Below are positions 50,101 through 62,632 of a stretch of 64,000 nucleotides of DNA, in pieces (position 1 is the stretch's first letter; every line of letters starts with the position of its first letter). A program made the translations under genes and the position numbers. The stretch spans positions 18,600,001 to 18,664,000 of the forward strand of contig CM120642.1 in assembly GCA_051362555.1 (NCBI GenBank), read 5' to 3'. This DNA comes from Lingula anatina. Its lineage: Eukaryota; Animalia; Brachiopoda. The notes below the pieces were generated by a model, which saw nothing but the letters and a program-made list of their open reading frames with translations, searched no databases and was not told the origin of the DNA.

Positions 50101-53100
50101 AATACTGAAAATTACAGGGGTGCAAATTGCCCCAAACATTTGTCGTTAAAGTATAATTGATTTAAGGTATTCCTTGATGTCAAAATTATTGAGATTCCCA
50201 TCGATTTCTTTTGAAAGAATATGACACGTTACGAACCCGTTGATTTTTATGTCAAAGAAAAATTTTAATCTATGCGTTCTTCTTCACATATAATATCCTT
50301 CCCTAATATCATATTTAACATGCCTTTGCAATCATGTCAAATTATGAGCTATTTTCCAAGGACATTTTCAACACGCTACTTGCTAAGACGTGTCGCACCA
50401 GCCGTCATATGACTCAAATACACAGATTCAGTCTTCAACTGAATACGACAAGTCTAACATTTTTCATAAACTCATGCTTGATTTAACCATGTTTGCCATT
50501 TTTTACATCAGTTGTCTGGTTTCTATCAGTGTTGTTTGATGATTTAGAACGTGTAGTCAAACATGCAGTCTATATTTAATTGTAACGGGTCAACACGGGC
50601 TAGCGCAAAGCTTTGAAGCAACTCGCAACAATACATTAGTGTTTAAAACAGCATGTTCAAAATTTTAATTCATAACGGACCGATCCTACCCCACCTGACC
50701 TCCGACCTTCAATAATCCCGACATTTGTTACTAGCAGATCGGACCTAGTCATGCACATGAGAGTTTTCAAAGGAGGTTTTGCTTGAAACGAAATTATAAC
50801 AACAACGGGATGAAAAGCGATTTTCTATCCGAACAGGCGGCGTTCTGTATCAAAGTTGACTCAAGCCTTGTATTACATCCAAATCTTTTGTACGTTATGC
50901 AGGCCGATGACTGTATACGCAATCCGTACACCAAGAATACACCGCCCGGGCCACGCGTTAAACCAAAAGGACCCTGGAATGCGCACAGTTTTAAAAATAC
51001 AGCTCGTCTAGTGCCTCGAATAGTTCAACATTTGTTCAAATGTTTCCCATTCAGGTATAGTATCAATAGAAGAAAGTTACTTTGAAGCACGGGTCGCCCC
51101 AAAGAGCACAGGTGAATGGGCGAGGGTAAATAGGTTTAAGCCTGATTGTAGAGGGTAATCTGTTTAACTTCAATATAGAAACACATACACTCGGTTTATA
51201 TTTGTCACTTCAACTACTCGGATAAGTATGTGTATACTCTTAATCCATAAACACAAGATTTGAGCAAACAAATCAGTTGTAATAAAGACTAAGTGCATAT
51301 CAAAGGTACTGAACCTCATTGAGTCCAGATTAAAACACTTTTCTGTTGACTATTAAAAACGCTGCGTCTTGGGACGCTTAAATTTTGGGAGGCCATGCCG
51401 CGACGCAAGTCACTTGGAAAAAAAGATCTGGAAGCCAGATAACGACGAGAGAATAAAGGAAAAATCTTGACTGCACCTATGCTGGGTGAATAACTGATTG
51501 AAAGGAGGGAATGGGGTCCAACAAGACCGTTTTTATCGAAATATTTGGCGGTAATTTTCACAAAAGGGAACATTCTCTCGTAACGATCCAAACTTCGGGC
51601 CTGTGTATAGACCGTCGAGGGGTATACAAACCGTCTACCTAATGGAGAAAACATGAGACTAATCTTAGCCTATAATCCCTTAATGTAGACCCCTTGTAAA
51701 TCTGAAGTCAAGTATCTTAATCCCAACGTCCAGGTGAGCTAGTGGACATGAAGATGACAGCTCGGACACGGGTCAGCGGCCGTAATAACGCCGGACCATA
51801 AAGACTCCACTTTCTTCTCTGACAGCTGCAGAATGACTCTTTACATAAAGACCCGCTGTAGTACTGACCCAATAATGACAACGTTCCAAACACGATAATG
51901 TGACAACTAGCTGGCGCTTACAGATGGTAAAATTACTTTCTTTCTGTCACAGAAAACATAATTTTCATTTATAATATTAGTCCGGTCTGACTGCAAACAG
52001 CCACTATTACACAGACAGCTTTATAAAGTTTATTATCAGATGCAGGGTATTGCGACATGTTTCTTCCTGCTCATATTTTAGATCCCTCATGTTATTTGCC
52101 GGTCATGGGTGTTCTAAATTTCTCCCGGGGTCAGAACTTGTATTGCAAAAAGAGAATTCCATACATCATTATACTTCCATAGATATGAATTGTATACTTA
52201 ACTATTATTTAAAACGTTTGGTATGGTATTTGTAAATATGTAATTTCGAAACTCTAACCTTTAAAACTAGATATATACCATTCACTTCCGCAACCCATAA
52301 GTAACTTCAATAACTAGTTGTCAACCTGTGGGCGGGACGCCCGCCCAAATCTTACATTATCGCCTTTACCACAGTGTCAGAGAGATAAAGAAGAGAGCGA
52401 GGGGCAGACATATTTCAATATAATTTACTCTTGGCACGATTACAGATTGTAACGGTTTGATAGGCTACCCCTGCATTCCTTCTTAAATCGTGCTTTGTTC
52501 ATGTGGTCTGTACATATTAGTCATACTAATTCAACATAGTTCATATAGCCGTTATATTTATATACTGAATGGGTTTTCTCATATTGTGAACAATAAATTA
52601 AAATCATACCAGAAAAACGACTCTGTGTCATGAACTATTATGATTGTTCTGTTAATATTTCTTTTGTTTCTGCTTCTGCGTATTTCGTATTGTTTTCCAA
52701 GTTCGTGGGATGTGTGCTGAATAGTGTGTGATTTCTCCAAATGAGAACCAGTTCAAATTTAAGTTTTCACATGTGAAGTGAATGTTCGGAGGATATAGAA
52801 CTTATGAAATAATCCTGAATGATTGGTGTTTCAAGTTCATCTCAGTCTATTCAGTGCCCCCCCCCCCCCACTTCCCCAATATTTGGCGCTGTTGTAAAGA
52901 TCAAGAAATAAACCCAAAAGACGAAAATCACAATTTCAATTTCCTTCTGGTTCATTTTCATCTTTCAGATTTTTATCAGACTTCTCGTAAATTTGACTTC
53001 TAAGCCACTCCTTGTTCGACAACCGAGTCACCATATATAAGCTTATCCGGTTTTGAGGTGATTTTCACCAACACTATAACATTTGGTGGGTTCCTACTCA

Positions 53101-56100
53101 CACAAGCACCCTGAAAATCAGTAACATTTCATGCACACTTTATGCCCACTGTCAATACAGGGTAGGGCCTTTCTGAGGGGCTTCTCGTGACCTTAACGCC
53201 ATTTTTACTCTGTATGTAAGAAACTGTGAAAAAATTAGACCGTGATTAGAGAGAAGGGGTGAAGGTGTTAAGACATATTGCCTGTAAGACTTTACAATGC
53301 AACGGAGAAGACTTTGTCTACCTCGTATAGAAGATATCCAGGTTTCGGTCCACGAAAATCAGGGTATTTATGCCAGGCTAGACTAGGTTGATGGACCCGC
53401 CCCCTTAGATGGAAAAGTTCCTCTCTGAATCAAAATTTGTTCTAAATTCTGTGTCAGTTTCCAAAGCATGATCAAAAGGGGGGGTAAAAAGTCCACCTTC
53501 AGTACAAGACCCCCCCCCCCCCCCCCCCCCCCCCATTTTAAACTGCTGGCTTCAGACCCGTATGCTATTCAACAAGAGTTCTTGACTCTTCTACAACTTC
53601 CACAAACATAACCTTTTCTGATGCACCCCTGTTAGGCATCAGACATACCTATTAAGGTTAATTTACCTGCCACCCTTGGCTTTAATGCTAGTCTTTAATA
53701 AAGATCGAAGATGGATTATCACTCTGCAGTGACTACTCCGGCTTTGCTGATTTCGGCAGGGGTCTGCCGCGGGAGTAAGTGTTGCTAATATAGCGACGGG
53801 AAAATTGAAACGACTTTATTGACCATTCTGACAAGGAGTTCATAGACGCGAAATGAGGACATTTTTTTTTCTTCTTTTTCTAGATAAACTCGATTCTCCC
53901 CGGACAAAGGGCAAACTGGAGATTTTGGGCAATTTGCTGCCTGGTCGCATTTTGGGTATTGTCCTCTAGCATTGGTGCATTTTTCTGTTTCCTTTTATCC
54001 CTAAAACGCACTATCACAACATATCAATTTTTGTTTTAGTATGCTTGGTCTACGCCACTTTATCTTTGAACCCTCAAGTGCAACATGAACACCAGTTCTT
54101 TCTCTCTAATCCTTCAAAACAGTGTTTTCTCCCCACGATAATATCGAAGAGAATGGTATTATGGCGCAGGACTGCTGCACTTGCAGACAATGAATTTGTC
54201 ATTTACGATCGAAGCGAACCTGTCAACGAAAGCAGCCCAGCAGAAGAAATAGGAGATATGAACACTGCATGCGTTCTAGTCTTTGGTACGACAGGCGGCT
54301 GCACACTTGACATTTTACGGAGACGACTGCTGTCATTTTACAGAGACAGACGCTCGAGTAGGGTCCTCGCGCGCGGGAACTGACAAGTAAACATACGTTT
54401 TTTGAAAAAAAAGTCAATGAAATTGATTCCACTTTTTTTTACCTCACAATACAAGATTTTTCCTCTGAATGAACCTGAATGCAGAGGCATGGTTAAGCGT
54501 TACCTACAGTCGCCAGTATTCTGCATTAATCCTATTATTACATATAGAACTTCCCTTTGATCCATACTTGATTATATACCGTTCAAGTATAACTACATGA
54601 TAATAAAGAAGGGGAAAAAGCGGTTTCTGAACTGCAGCATTTTGAACACGACAACTTTTTCTATCAATATGAACATTACGTTTTAAACAAGTAAATTAAA
54701 TGTCATCTCTCAGCGTGTCAAAGTACCGCTAATGAGACAACGAGTTAAGACGCCTCGGCTTAATCTTTGTCTCTTAATTAGACTGCACGAGATAGAATCC
54801 ATCCACGCGTCGGTTCACCCCGAAGACACTTTGCACTCGATAGAGTCCCAACAAAGCACTGATCTCTAGTTTATTCACATAAAAAATTATCATTTTTCTC
54901 TCAAGTATCCCCTCGTGCTCGGATTAAAGTTGTTCATGTTTCGCTCACTAATTGGATTTTTTTCAATCACTACAGACCTGCGTTTTATTTTTCTTCTCAT
55001 TTTCCTCTCGATGAAATCAGACCTAATTCAACCGCGCCGAATCTGATAAATCGGTCAGATATCTGATTTTCAGTTGGAGAAAATTTATTGCCACGCTTTT
55101 TATCGTCATCTTAATTGCCAGTTCAACTCCACGCGGTTACCCTTACAAAAATGTTATCAGTGTGTTGAACTGCGGCTCCCTACAACTGTGTAACATCAGG
55201 ATTATTATTATAACTGGAATCTGATAAGAATATCTAATAGTCGAAAGGTAAAATCTCTATGAATTCTTTTTGGGTTTACTCATGATGTTGGTATTTTCTT
55301 ATATATTAAACAATCTAAATTTTGAAAATTTATTCCTATCTAAAATGTAATCACATTCCTAGCCTAACCATATTGATGATATGATACTAGAAAATTAAAA
55401 AAAAATTTCACCTCAGCAGACATCAAATAATCCCGACCTAAGTGGTATGTTTTTGTAATTAGAAAAACAGAGTTAAAACCTATAAGAGGCATTTTCTTTA
55501 CACATTTTTATCACCAGATATAATGGTCCCATCCTAAAATTTAAGCTGACCAGTAAAAACTGAGGCAAGTAAGCAAATATCTGCCCTGTATTATATGGAC
55601 ACTAAGTCACACATCTTCACACCGAAGACAACTAACACGGCTTATAAACTATGAATATGACCGCTATGTAACCAACATAATTATATAGTGATTTGCCCGG
55701 AGGGGTGGGGGGAGGGGCAGAGGGGGAGGGAGAGCGCAAAATCAAAGAAGTGAAATGCCAAGAGATAACTTATGTTTGTCACAAGCTAGGAATCGATCTT
55801 TGGTGCCTTAAATGTCGTAAAGGACGCCAGACGTGGTGGCCTTCCCATGCTCGTCGCATGTTTCAAGGCGGATTTACATCATCAGTATGAAATAATCTCC
55901 ATGTCGTTTTTCCGATATTTCTGTGAAATTATGAATTCTTAGTAATGGGGGTCACAGCAGGATGAAGGCGAATGTCGTGATACAGATCTGGCGGGGATTA
56001 CCGTGGGTATATTTTACATAGGTCAACGCACTGCAATATTGTATAGGGCATTACTAGATTCCTTGTTATTTGTCTAAATGACAGTTGTAGAGCGTTAAAA

Positions 56101-56221
56101 TCTCACATATTATTCCTTTTAATTTTGAAGGGCGTTTCAGTTTCAAAATATTAATACGTAACTGGTGCGAAAACATGTGGGTTGTAATCCTTCAGGTATT
56201 GATCTTTCGGCCACATGGAAT

Positions 56222-56252
<31 letters not shown>

Positions 56253-56858
56253 AGGATAATGATTCCTCATGTTAAACTGGATATTATGACAATTAACACG
56301 AGATCAATTTTATGTAATATTCTCCACATAGCTTTAAGCTGGCCTCTCCCCTTGGTTTAAATTCGCAGTTCATCTCTTAACAGTGCCAAGAATATAAAAA
56401 CAAAATTACATGTTTGGGAGTGAAAGAGTGCATACAGCAACTGAAATTTTGCCATGGCGTCATTCTCTCCAAAATGTATTTGGTAATTCCATACAGTCTT
56501 GTTGATTTCTTAAAAGTGCCAAGAAAATAGAAATAAAATAAATGTGGGAGTTATGAAGTGTTTTTATCAACTAACTATATCTTACCTTGGAGTCATTGTA
56601 GGCAAAGTTTATCAGGTAGTTTCCAAGGGTCTTGTTTTGTCCTAAGGCGTCCAAGACAGCGAGACGTGCCCCCCTAAGTTGGGCAAGACCTTTTTGGGAC
56701 TGGGGCCCAGTCAGCGGGAAAAGACCGTAGATTGTTACCGTGTTCAAACATGAGATTCCCGGAATCTGACACAATATTATCCAAGTAATAAAAAATCCCC
56801 CGAAAATAAACCTAGGCTGTTTCCTAGAAGGGGTGTTGTTTTCCTTTTCCGCCCTCAT
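41178..56858 (-). CDS. Divergent GABA-B receptor family class C GPCR (GABBR2/GPR156-like 7TM with degenerate Venus flytrap), 1307 aa, 14 coding exons
   Basis: Exons 56858-56586, 48558-48421, 48084-47932, 47628-47533, 47268-47041, 46572-46363, 46057-45994, 45470-45260, 45047-44915, 44695-44588, 44208-44080, 43885-43559, 43298-43095, 42827-41178 (3924 nt, in phase; last intron GC-AG). Motifs TIYGLFPLTG, NDSKCD, LLGGGCS, WRKVAIIY, YAYDA, IKMTSPNIN, AKTWRVY, WILVDP, GYKMLL, AWQTRHV, LKDS, FIPK. Coiled coil followed by an about 550-aa Ser/Pro-rich tail. Confidence 0.9.
42828..43094 (-). other. Non-canonical GC-AG intron
   Basis: GAG|GCAAGT is the donor giving the phase 0 required by the acceptor TTTACAG|AAG. 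The nearby GT (A|GTAAAA) is phase 1. The intron position equals the ELAE|LERE intron in the + strand paralog. Confidence 0.75.
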
Positions 56859-58481
56859 CTCCACGACGTACGTTCCGTTTCCATTCCCTGAGATGTATCC
56901 TTCTAAAACTGACGTGCGGACAATTCGACGCTAATTTTTGTCACATTCCCGACCATTCATCGCCGCTCTAGTATATCCACAGCGTTATCAGATGCCCCGT
57001 CTAGATAACGTGCACCTTCCGCTTCATCCTCAATCCCCTTTTCAAAGACAACGGAAATCTCGTTAGCTGCTATCACGTCTCCGAAGTTCCAATGGCCCTT
57101 GAGCTTTGTTCTTTTCTGTCCCCGTGTTTTGTAAATTCAGGTTTCGTTGATGGAATTTGTAGGGGATAAATAAGCATGAAATTCAATTCACGCTGCTCCC
57201 TCCTTACTTTTGTCTGCCCTTGGGTTGCGCCACTGAAACAGAAAATGAGACGTATTCTTCGAGACAAAGCTCTAGGAGGAGGGATCTATCGCGAAAGGGC
57301 CGCGACTATTGTTGCACATGTTTTCCCAATCATACGCTGTGTTTACGTTACGCTTCGTTCGATCACTAGAGGGCGCCAGGAGTTGCTATTCTGGTGGAAC
57401 TAATTTTGAACTGGATAGAGCTCGTGAATTTCAAGATAGACCCAAATAATATTGTGTGGAATGTTGTGCTATTAGCTATAGAGCAAGCTGTAGGCTCCGT
57501 CAGAAGGGAACGACGAGAGTAAACCTGTTTTTACTGTTTGATTGTTTTACTAGTTCTAATCTCAACATCCAAAGCTGCAGCGTTACCATGCAAGGCGCAT
57601 AACACTGAATACTCATACAATTACGTCATCATTCATCACCGCGATATTATACACTAATTTTCTAAGCTATTTCATAAGAAGGCCTAACCGAACTGGAAAT
57701 TCCCCTAACGATCTATAATAGACTATATAACGTTATAATCCCATAATATCAACTGCCAGCAAGTCCAATGAATAGCTGAAAACTGCTGCGTTCAAATTGG
57801 TTTTAAATTGTTTAGATGACCAGCTACATTAACCACGAATTTCGTCGTTAGAGGTATCTCTTGATTGCTGTTGGCACTATCCCTGAAGAAGACGTAAGAG
57901 AACCCTGCCTTTCGTGATGAACATGAGCACATTAAATAGATATAACATGCAACTTCACTGAAAAATCTGAGAATAGCATCTTTTGACTTTTTATAGCCTA
58001 GTGTGAAAAACACTTAAACATGGTTAAGTCATTAAATATCGTTTAAGCTCACAATATTCTATTCATGGAAAAGGCGACGCACGGTATTCATGTGCACGAT
58101 TGTCATCCACTTTCATTCAACATAATGAGGAGCAACAGACTTGGTGAATTGTTGGTTTTGTTTTATCGACTTTTGATATACATTGCACAAAATTCACTAC
58201 GGAAAATAATACGCTCGCCAGTTGGCAAAATGCAGTGAAGTTGTTTCCGACAAAAAAAAATATAAGAAATTTTTCCGTTTATTGTTTTTGTTTTTCATTT
58301 GTTTGCTCATTTTTCTATTTGACAATGTTATTTTGCTAATAAATTCATTTATACACTTATATATTTCCTATTTCAATTAAAAATGAATACTATCCATTTT
58401 TTCAATTTTTGAAGCTCAGAGTCATACTGAGATAAATCACAGTAAATTTCAGATTTCATCGAGATTACAGTTAGTGTCTTT

Positions 58482-58695
58482 GACCCTATTCCCAGAGATT
58501 AGATCGATCCAACTGGATCGACCTAACTCCCTTGGGGTTCACGCTAAATAGCTGTCAGCCGAGCGGGCACGAAAGTTAATTACCCCCTTACAGCTTGTAG
58601 TAGGAGGGACGGACATTTAAGCCGGATTATCTGACAGTAATCTAGTGAGACTCCCCACGGGGATAGATCGATCTAAAATCTATGGGAATGCGCCC
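58482..58695. mobile_element. Harbinger-like palindromic MITE
   Basis: GACCCTATTCCCAGAGATTAGATCGATC ... GATCGATCTAAAATCTATGGGAATGCGCCC; reverse-complement homolog of 15129-15354. Confidence 0.85.
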
Positions 58696-60499
58696 TTAAC
58701 CGAGTAACCAGGGAGCGTAAAGTAATACCAGCAGCATATAAGACATTAATCCACGGCTAAGTAGCACTAAAAGTGTCAATTTAAATCGCCGATACAGGAA
58801 GTGTCTTTGTGAAACAACTTCTGGCAAATCGATAAAGTAACTGGCTCTCAAAATAAAGGAAAACATCAGGTATAAAAACACAGCAGTATTCCCCTCACAT
58901 TTTTATAGTAAGCGTCTAGTAGGTGATCATCTAATCGATTAAAGTCTGTTTAAGATCACTCACCTCATGAATATTACAAAGAAATTAGCATCCTGATTAA
59001 CTTAAGTGGTATTTACCAAATAACCAGCTTGACAAAGCCAAGAACGCGTTTTCTCTTAGTTAAATTTCAAAATATGATATTGATTATTTTAATTAGAGAG
59101 CAAACTCAATGCCATGCGTACGAAAGGGAGATTTACTTGTCTGAGACTTACTATTTATACTCCTGGAAAAGAGGAAAGATAAAGAAAGCTGCGGATTGCT
59201 GCAGTTGCGACAAGGCCATTGCGACGGAGATTTTTATCTCAACTGTCGCATTCAATGTTTATGTCCTCTTAAAAAACTATAGTGATGCTCGCAAATTGAC
59301 AGCCCACTGATTAAGATAAGCCGCAGTGCCCGACTTGAGCACTGACAGCAGACACTATTCACGCTGGTTTATCTTAGCTGTTTACGAGGCGTGAAAAGTA
59401 CAAATCAGGCTATCGACGTTTTTTTAACAATCTATTTTACTAATCATCGGATCCCCCTTTCAGAATGGGATCCATTTTCCGGCTTTCCGTCTCAATCTAC
59501 ATACATTACCAATTGCAGGTTTACTAAAGGCAGCCAGGTAGGTCAATAATTCATTGTTTTTGCAGATCAGAAATGACGCCTTGCGCTTTTAATATTTTAC
59601 AGTATGGGTTTGGTTAATGGCGAGCGTGTTGTTTTAGAAGAATGTGTCACGCTGCAGAGAATGTATATAGATATAAAGTGCTGGTTATGCTTTTGTGTTT
59701 TGTACACGTGGCGTTATCTGGTGGCAAATTGCACTTATTTATACAAAGGTTTTTATTTGAGGTTTAATAGGCAGATGCTCGCGGTACTGGCGGCGGGTGT
59801 GAACGAACAAGGAAGTGACACTCTTGGTAAAAATTTCAACCGGTAAGCCCAGTGAAAATATATAATTCAAAAAAAATTTATGAGTTCCATTTTTAAGTAA
59901 GACAGAAAAACGATTATCAATGTTATTTTTTGATTCAATGATGTACCATGCAGGCCGTATCTGCTTAATAATTCATTCACATTAAGGTATAACAGAGGCA
60001 GCGAATTTAATTTGTTTATTTGAAATGTTTTTCTCATTTCAAGTTTACGAGTATTGCATATTACATTAGATATTATATTAGGCTACTGTTATTAACGGTT
60101 TCACGATCGTTATAAGATTTTTTGTTTGCTGTTAATTCTTACTGGGAAAACCAGGTTTGTTGCTTTTTTGTACTAAAGGAATGAACCTGCTAGCATGTTT
60201 TCATGAAAACATAATGTGATTAAAAGTCTTTAAAGCATCTCCAAATATTGAAATGAACGAAGATGCACTCACGGTAGATTCAGTGCATGTTAATATCGAA
60301 ATTACCGAATACTGTCATGATATTTTCAATTATATATCACCAGTATAGTGCAGCTCAAAATTACACTGATTCAAGTGATACAGTCAAGTTAATTTATGGT
60401 TTGAGTATACATCAGGAACCAATATAAAATGTTGTGTTGCTTGTAAGTAAGCAACTTTGAAAGCCTCGATCTAAGTGCTCGATTTTTTTTTCTTCACAG

Positions 60500-60539
60500 G
60501 TGCTGGATCACAGAACTGAAAGATGAAAGAGCCGCTTTG
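60500..60539 (+). other. Probable exon (possibly first coding exon) of a further + strand gene extending beyond the window
   Basis: Strong acceptor TTTTTTTTTCTTCACAG| and donor TTG|GTGAGT; contains AAGATG at 60520-60525 (MKEPL..). Further strong donors at 59843, 60443 and 62081 could end 5' UTR exons. Confidence 0.45.
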
Positions 60540-61197
60540 GTGAGTTTTTTTCATAGTCAGATGATTACTGTGATCTATTTGCTACTTTTTTCCCTTTGTT
60601 ACCTAATTTTCACTAACAGATTTTTGCATCATTTTCACTTACAAAAAAGTTGAGGCCCGTGTATGGAGCTTCTCCTACCTCCTCCCCTCCCCCTTTTAAC
60701 TAAAACTTGGACAGGGACGTTTTTTATCGTCAATTTGCGACCTCTGGTCACTACTTACATCACAGACTTACCTCGCCGCTCCAGAGAAACATTCTAAATA
60801 TTGGATGTAGCAACCATACGTCAAATTCCTGGACTTCAAATAATGTTTCGATTTTCAGATATCTCTTTACCCAACTTGGCGGTAATGTGAGTTTAGGAAC
60901 CTCCTGCATAGAAAAAAAAAAAAGCTCAGACGTAACCGTAATACACTTCACAGCAGTTTAACCCATCTCTGTGTTATATACGCTTATTTCACTATTGATT
61001 TCTTTATTCTGTTGTTGATAGTATTATCAATAACGGTTCCACAAATAATTGGTGGTACTTTATTATAAAATATATGTATAATCTTGCATGATATGCATAA
61101 TTTATGCAGTGCCTGTATATCTAGGACGTTTCTCTGTACTGCGTATATATACTTATATATATTTCATAATTTGGAACAGTGCAGCAACACTCGAAGT

Positions 61198-61350
61198 GAT
61201 TGGCGGATGTTACTATGTGATACTGAATAAAATTAAAAAAAAAAAAACCTATCAAGCCCAAACGGAATGATTGGCGACAGTTACTATGTACTTCTGAATA
61301 AATAAATTAAAAAAAAAAATACAATACATATAAAGCCCAAATCGGAATGG
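61198..61350. repeat. Two-copy tandem repeat, about 75 bp
   Basis: GATTGGCG..GTTACTATGT..CTGAATAAA..A-run..AAGCCCAAA(T)CGGAATG occurs twice. Confidence 0.8.
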
Positions 61351-62460
61351 TTTGAATAACGTTTCGCACACGATAAGTTATCATGAGGGGCAATTCAGCA
61401 GGGCTTTCGTTAAATATAGATACCGTATTTAGTCAGTGTAAACAGAATGATTTCTGGGAATATTCCCTGGGAGTTTTTAAGCAACTTGGATGCAAAACAA
61501 AACAAAAAGATGAGTTATTACACAACGAGCAACGTGACCTGGTTTTATTCGAATTCGCCTGTTTCACCCGATATACCCGTTCAGGGTGAATTGATGACGA
61601 GTCTACATTTTGGTGTGCCGCTACGTATAGACATATAACAAATTGAAAACACCACGTCATATTAAACTAGCCCCGTTTTAGCAAATAATGCACTCGAAAC
61701 GTGACCTAACGTATTATGACGTCTATTATATGGATACTATATCAATATATCAGCTCAATTATAACTAATTAATTTTGTAGCCCTGTACTCGCTTGCCACG
61801 GTGTCGTCTATAACACAGCTCAGTCAACCACATACGTGGAACGCGTTAAGTGCAGCTAGTCAATTTTCTCCTCAGTTTAATACATCAATAATTGATCGTA
61901 TCGCTGACCTGCGTCCGAGTAATCCCATCTGCTACAAGGCCGCTTGGAACAGATTTATGTACACGTAGCGTTCTGGCCTGCAGTACGAATTAGTAATCAA
62001 ACAGTCAGGAAATTGCAAAAATATAATTTGTAAGGATTTGCGACATTGAAACGTATTATCTTCAAATCAGCGTGTCAAAGGTAAGCAAATATTCAACAAT
62101 TCACGCGACTGATGTCAGTGAATGCATTAGACCTACGGGGAGTACCAGTGCAGGTGTGGGGAGGGTGGGGGGTTTAGTTTGGTGCGTGGAACCCATTCAC
62201 AGGGTCCTATCCTTTGTAATGACGCGTTTTCAAGTCGAGGCAAACCGTCCGGCCTACATTTCTTCAAGGTTACACACGACACTTGAAGAAAAAGCAATAA
62301 ATAGTAAAAGGAGAAGACAACACGGATTGCTCGAGAAGGGTGCTCCATTTTTTTTAAAATAAGGTTCTCTTTTAATCAAGAATTGTTTACTTTTCACTAA
62401 AGAAGAGGATTGTCATTCTTTAAAATTCGTGTTAGTCTTAGTTTCAGGACGCAGACTCTT

Positions 62461-62632
62461 GGGCCGCATTCAGAACAGTGGACTAACTAGTCCGAGGGTC
62501 AAATATGGCCGACGCACTTGAATACTTCCCTACGGGGAATCTATTCAGTGTCTATTAGCGGATTAGACAGCAAGCGTTTTAGTGCCATATTTGACCCACG
62601 GACTAGTTAGTCCACTGTTCTGAATGCGGACC
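62461..62632. mobile_element. Harbinger-like MITE (ATTCAGAAC family), well preserved
   Basis: CCGCATTCAGAACAGTGGACTAACTAGTCCG.GGGTCAAATATGGC is mirrored by GCCATATTTGACCC.CGGACTAGTTAGTCCACTGTTCTGAATGCGG. Confidence 0.9.

Noticed and set aside
49100-56500. Short ORFs in the 8-kb first intron as a nested gene
   Set aside because: No recognizable domains and no phase-consistent exon chain.
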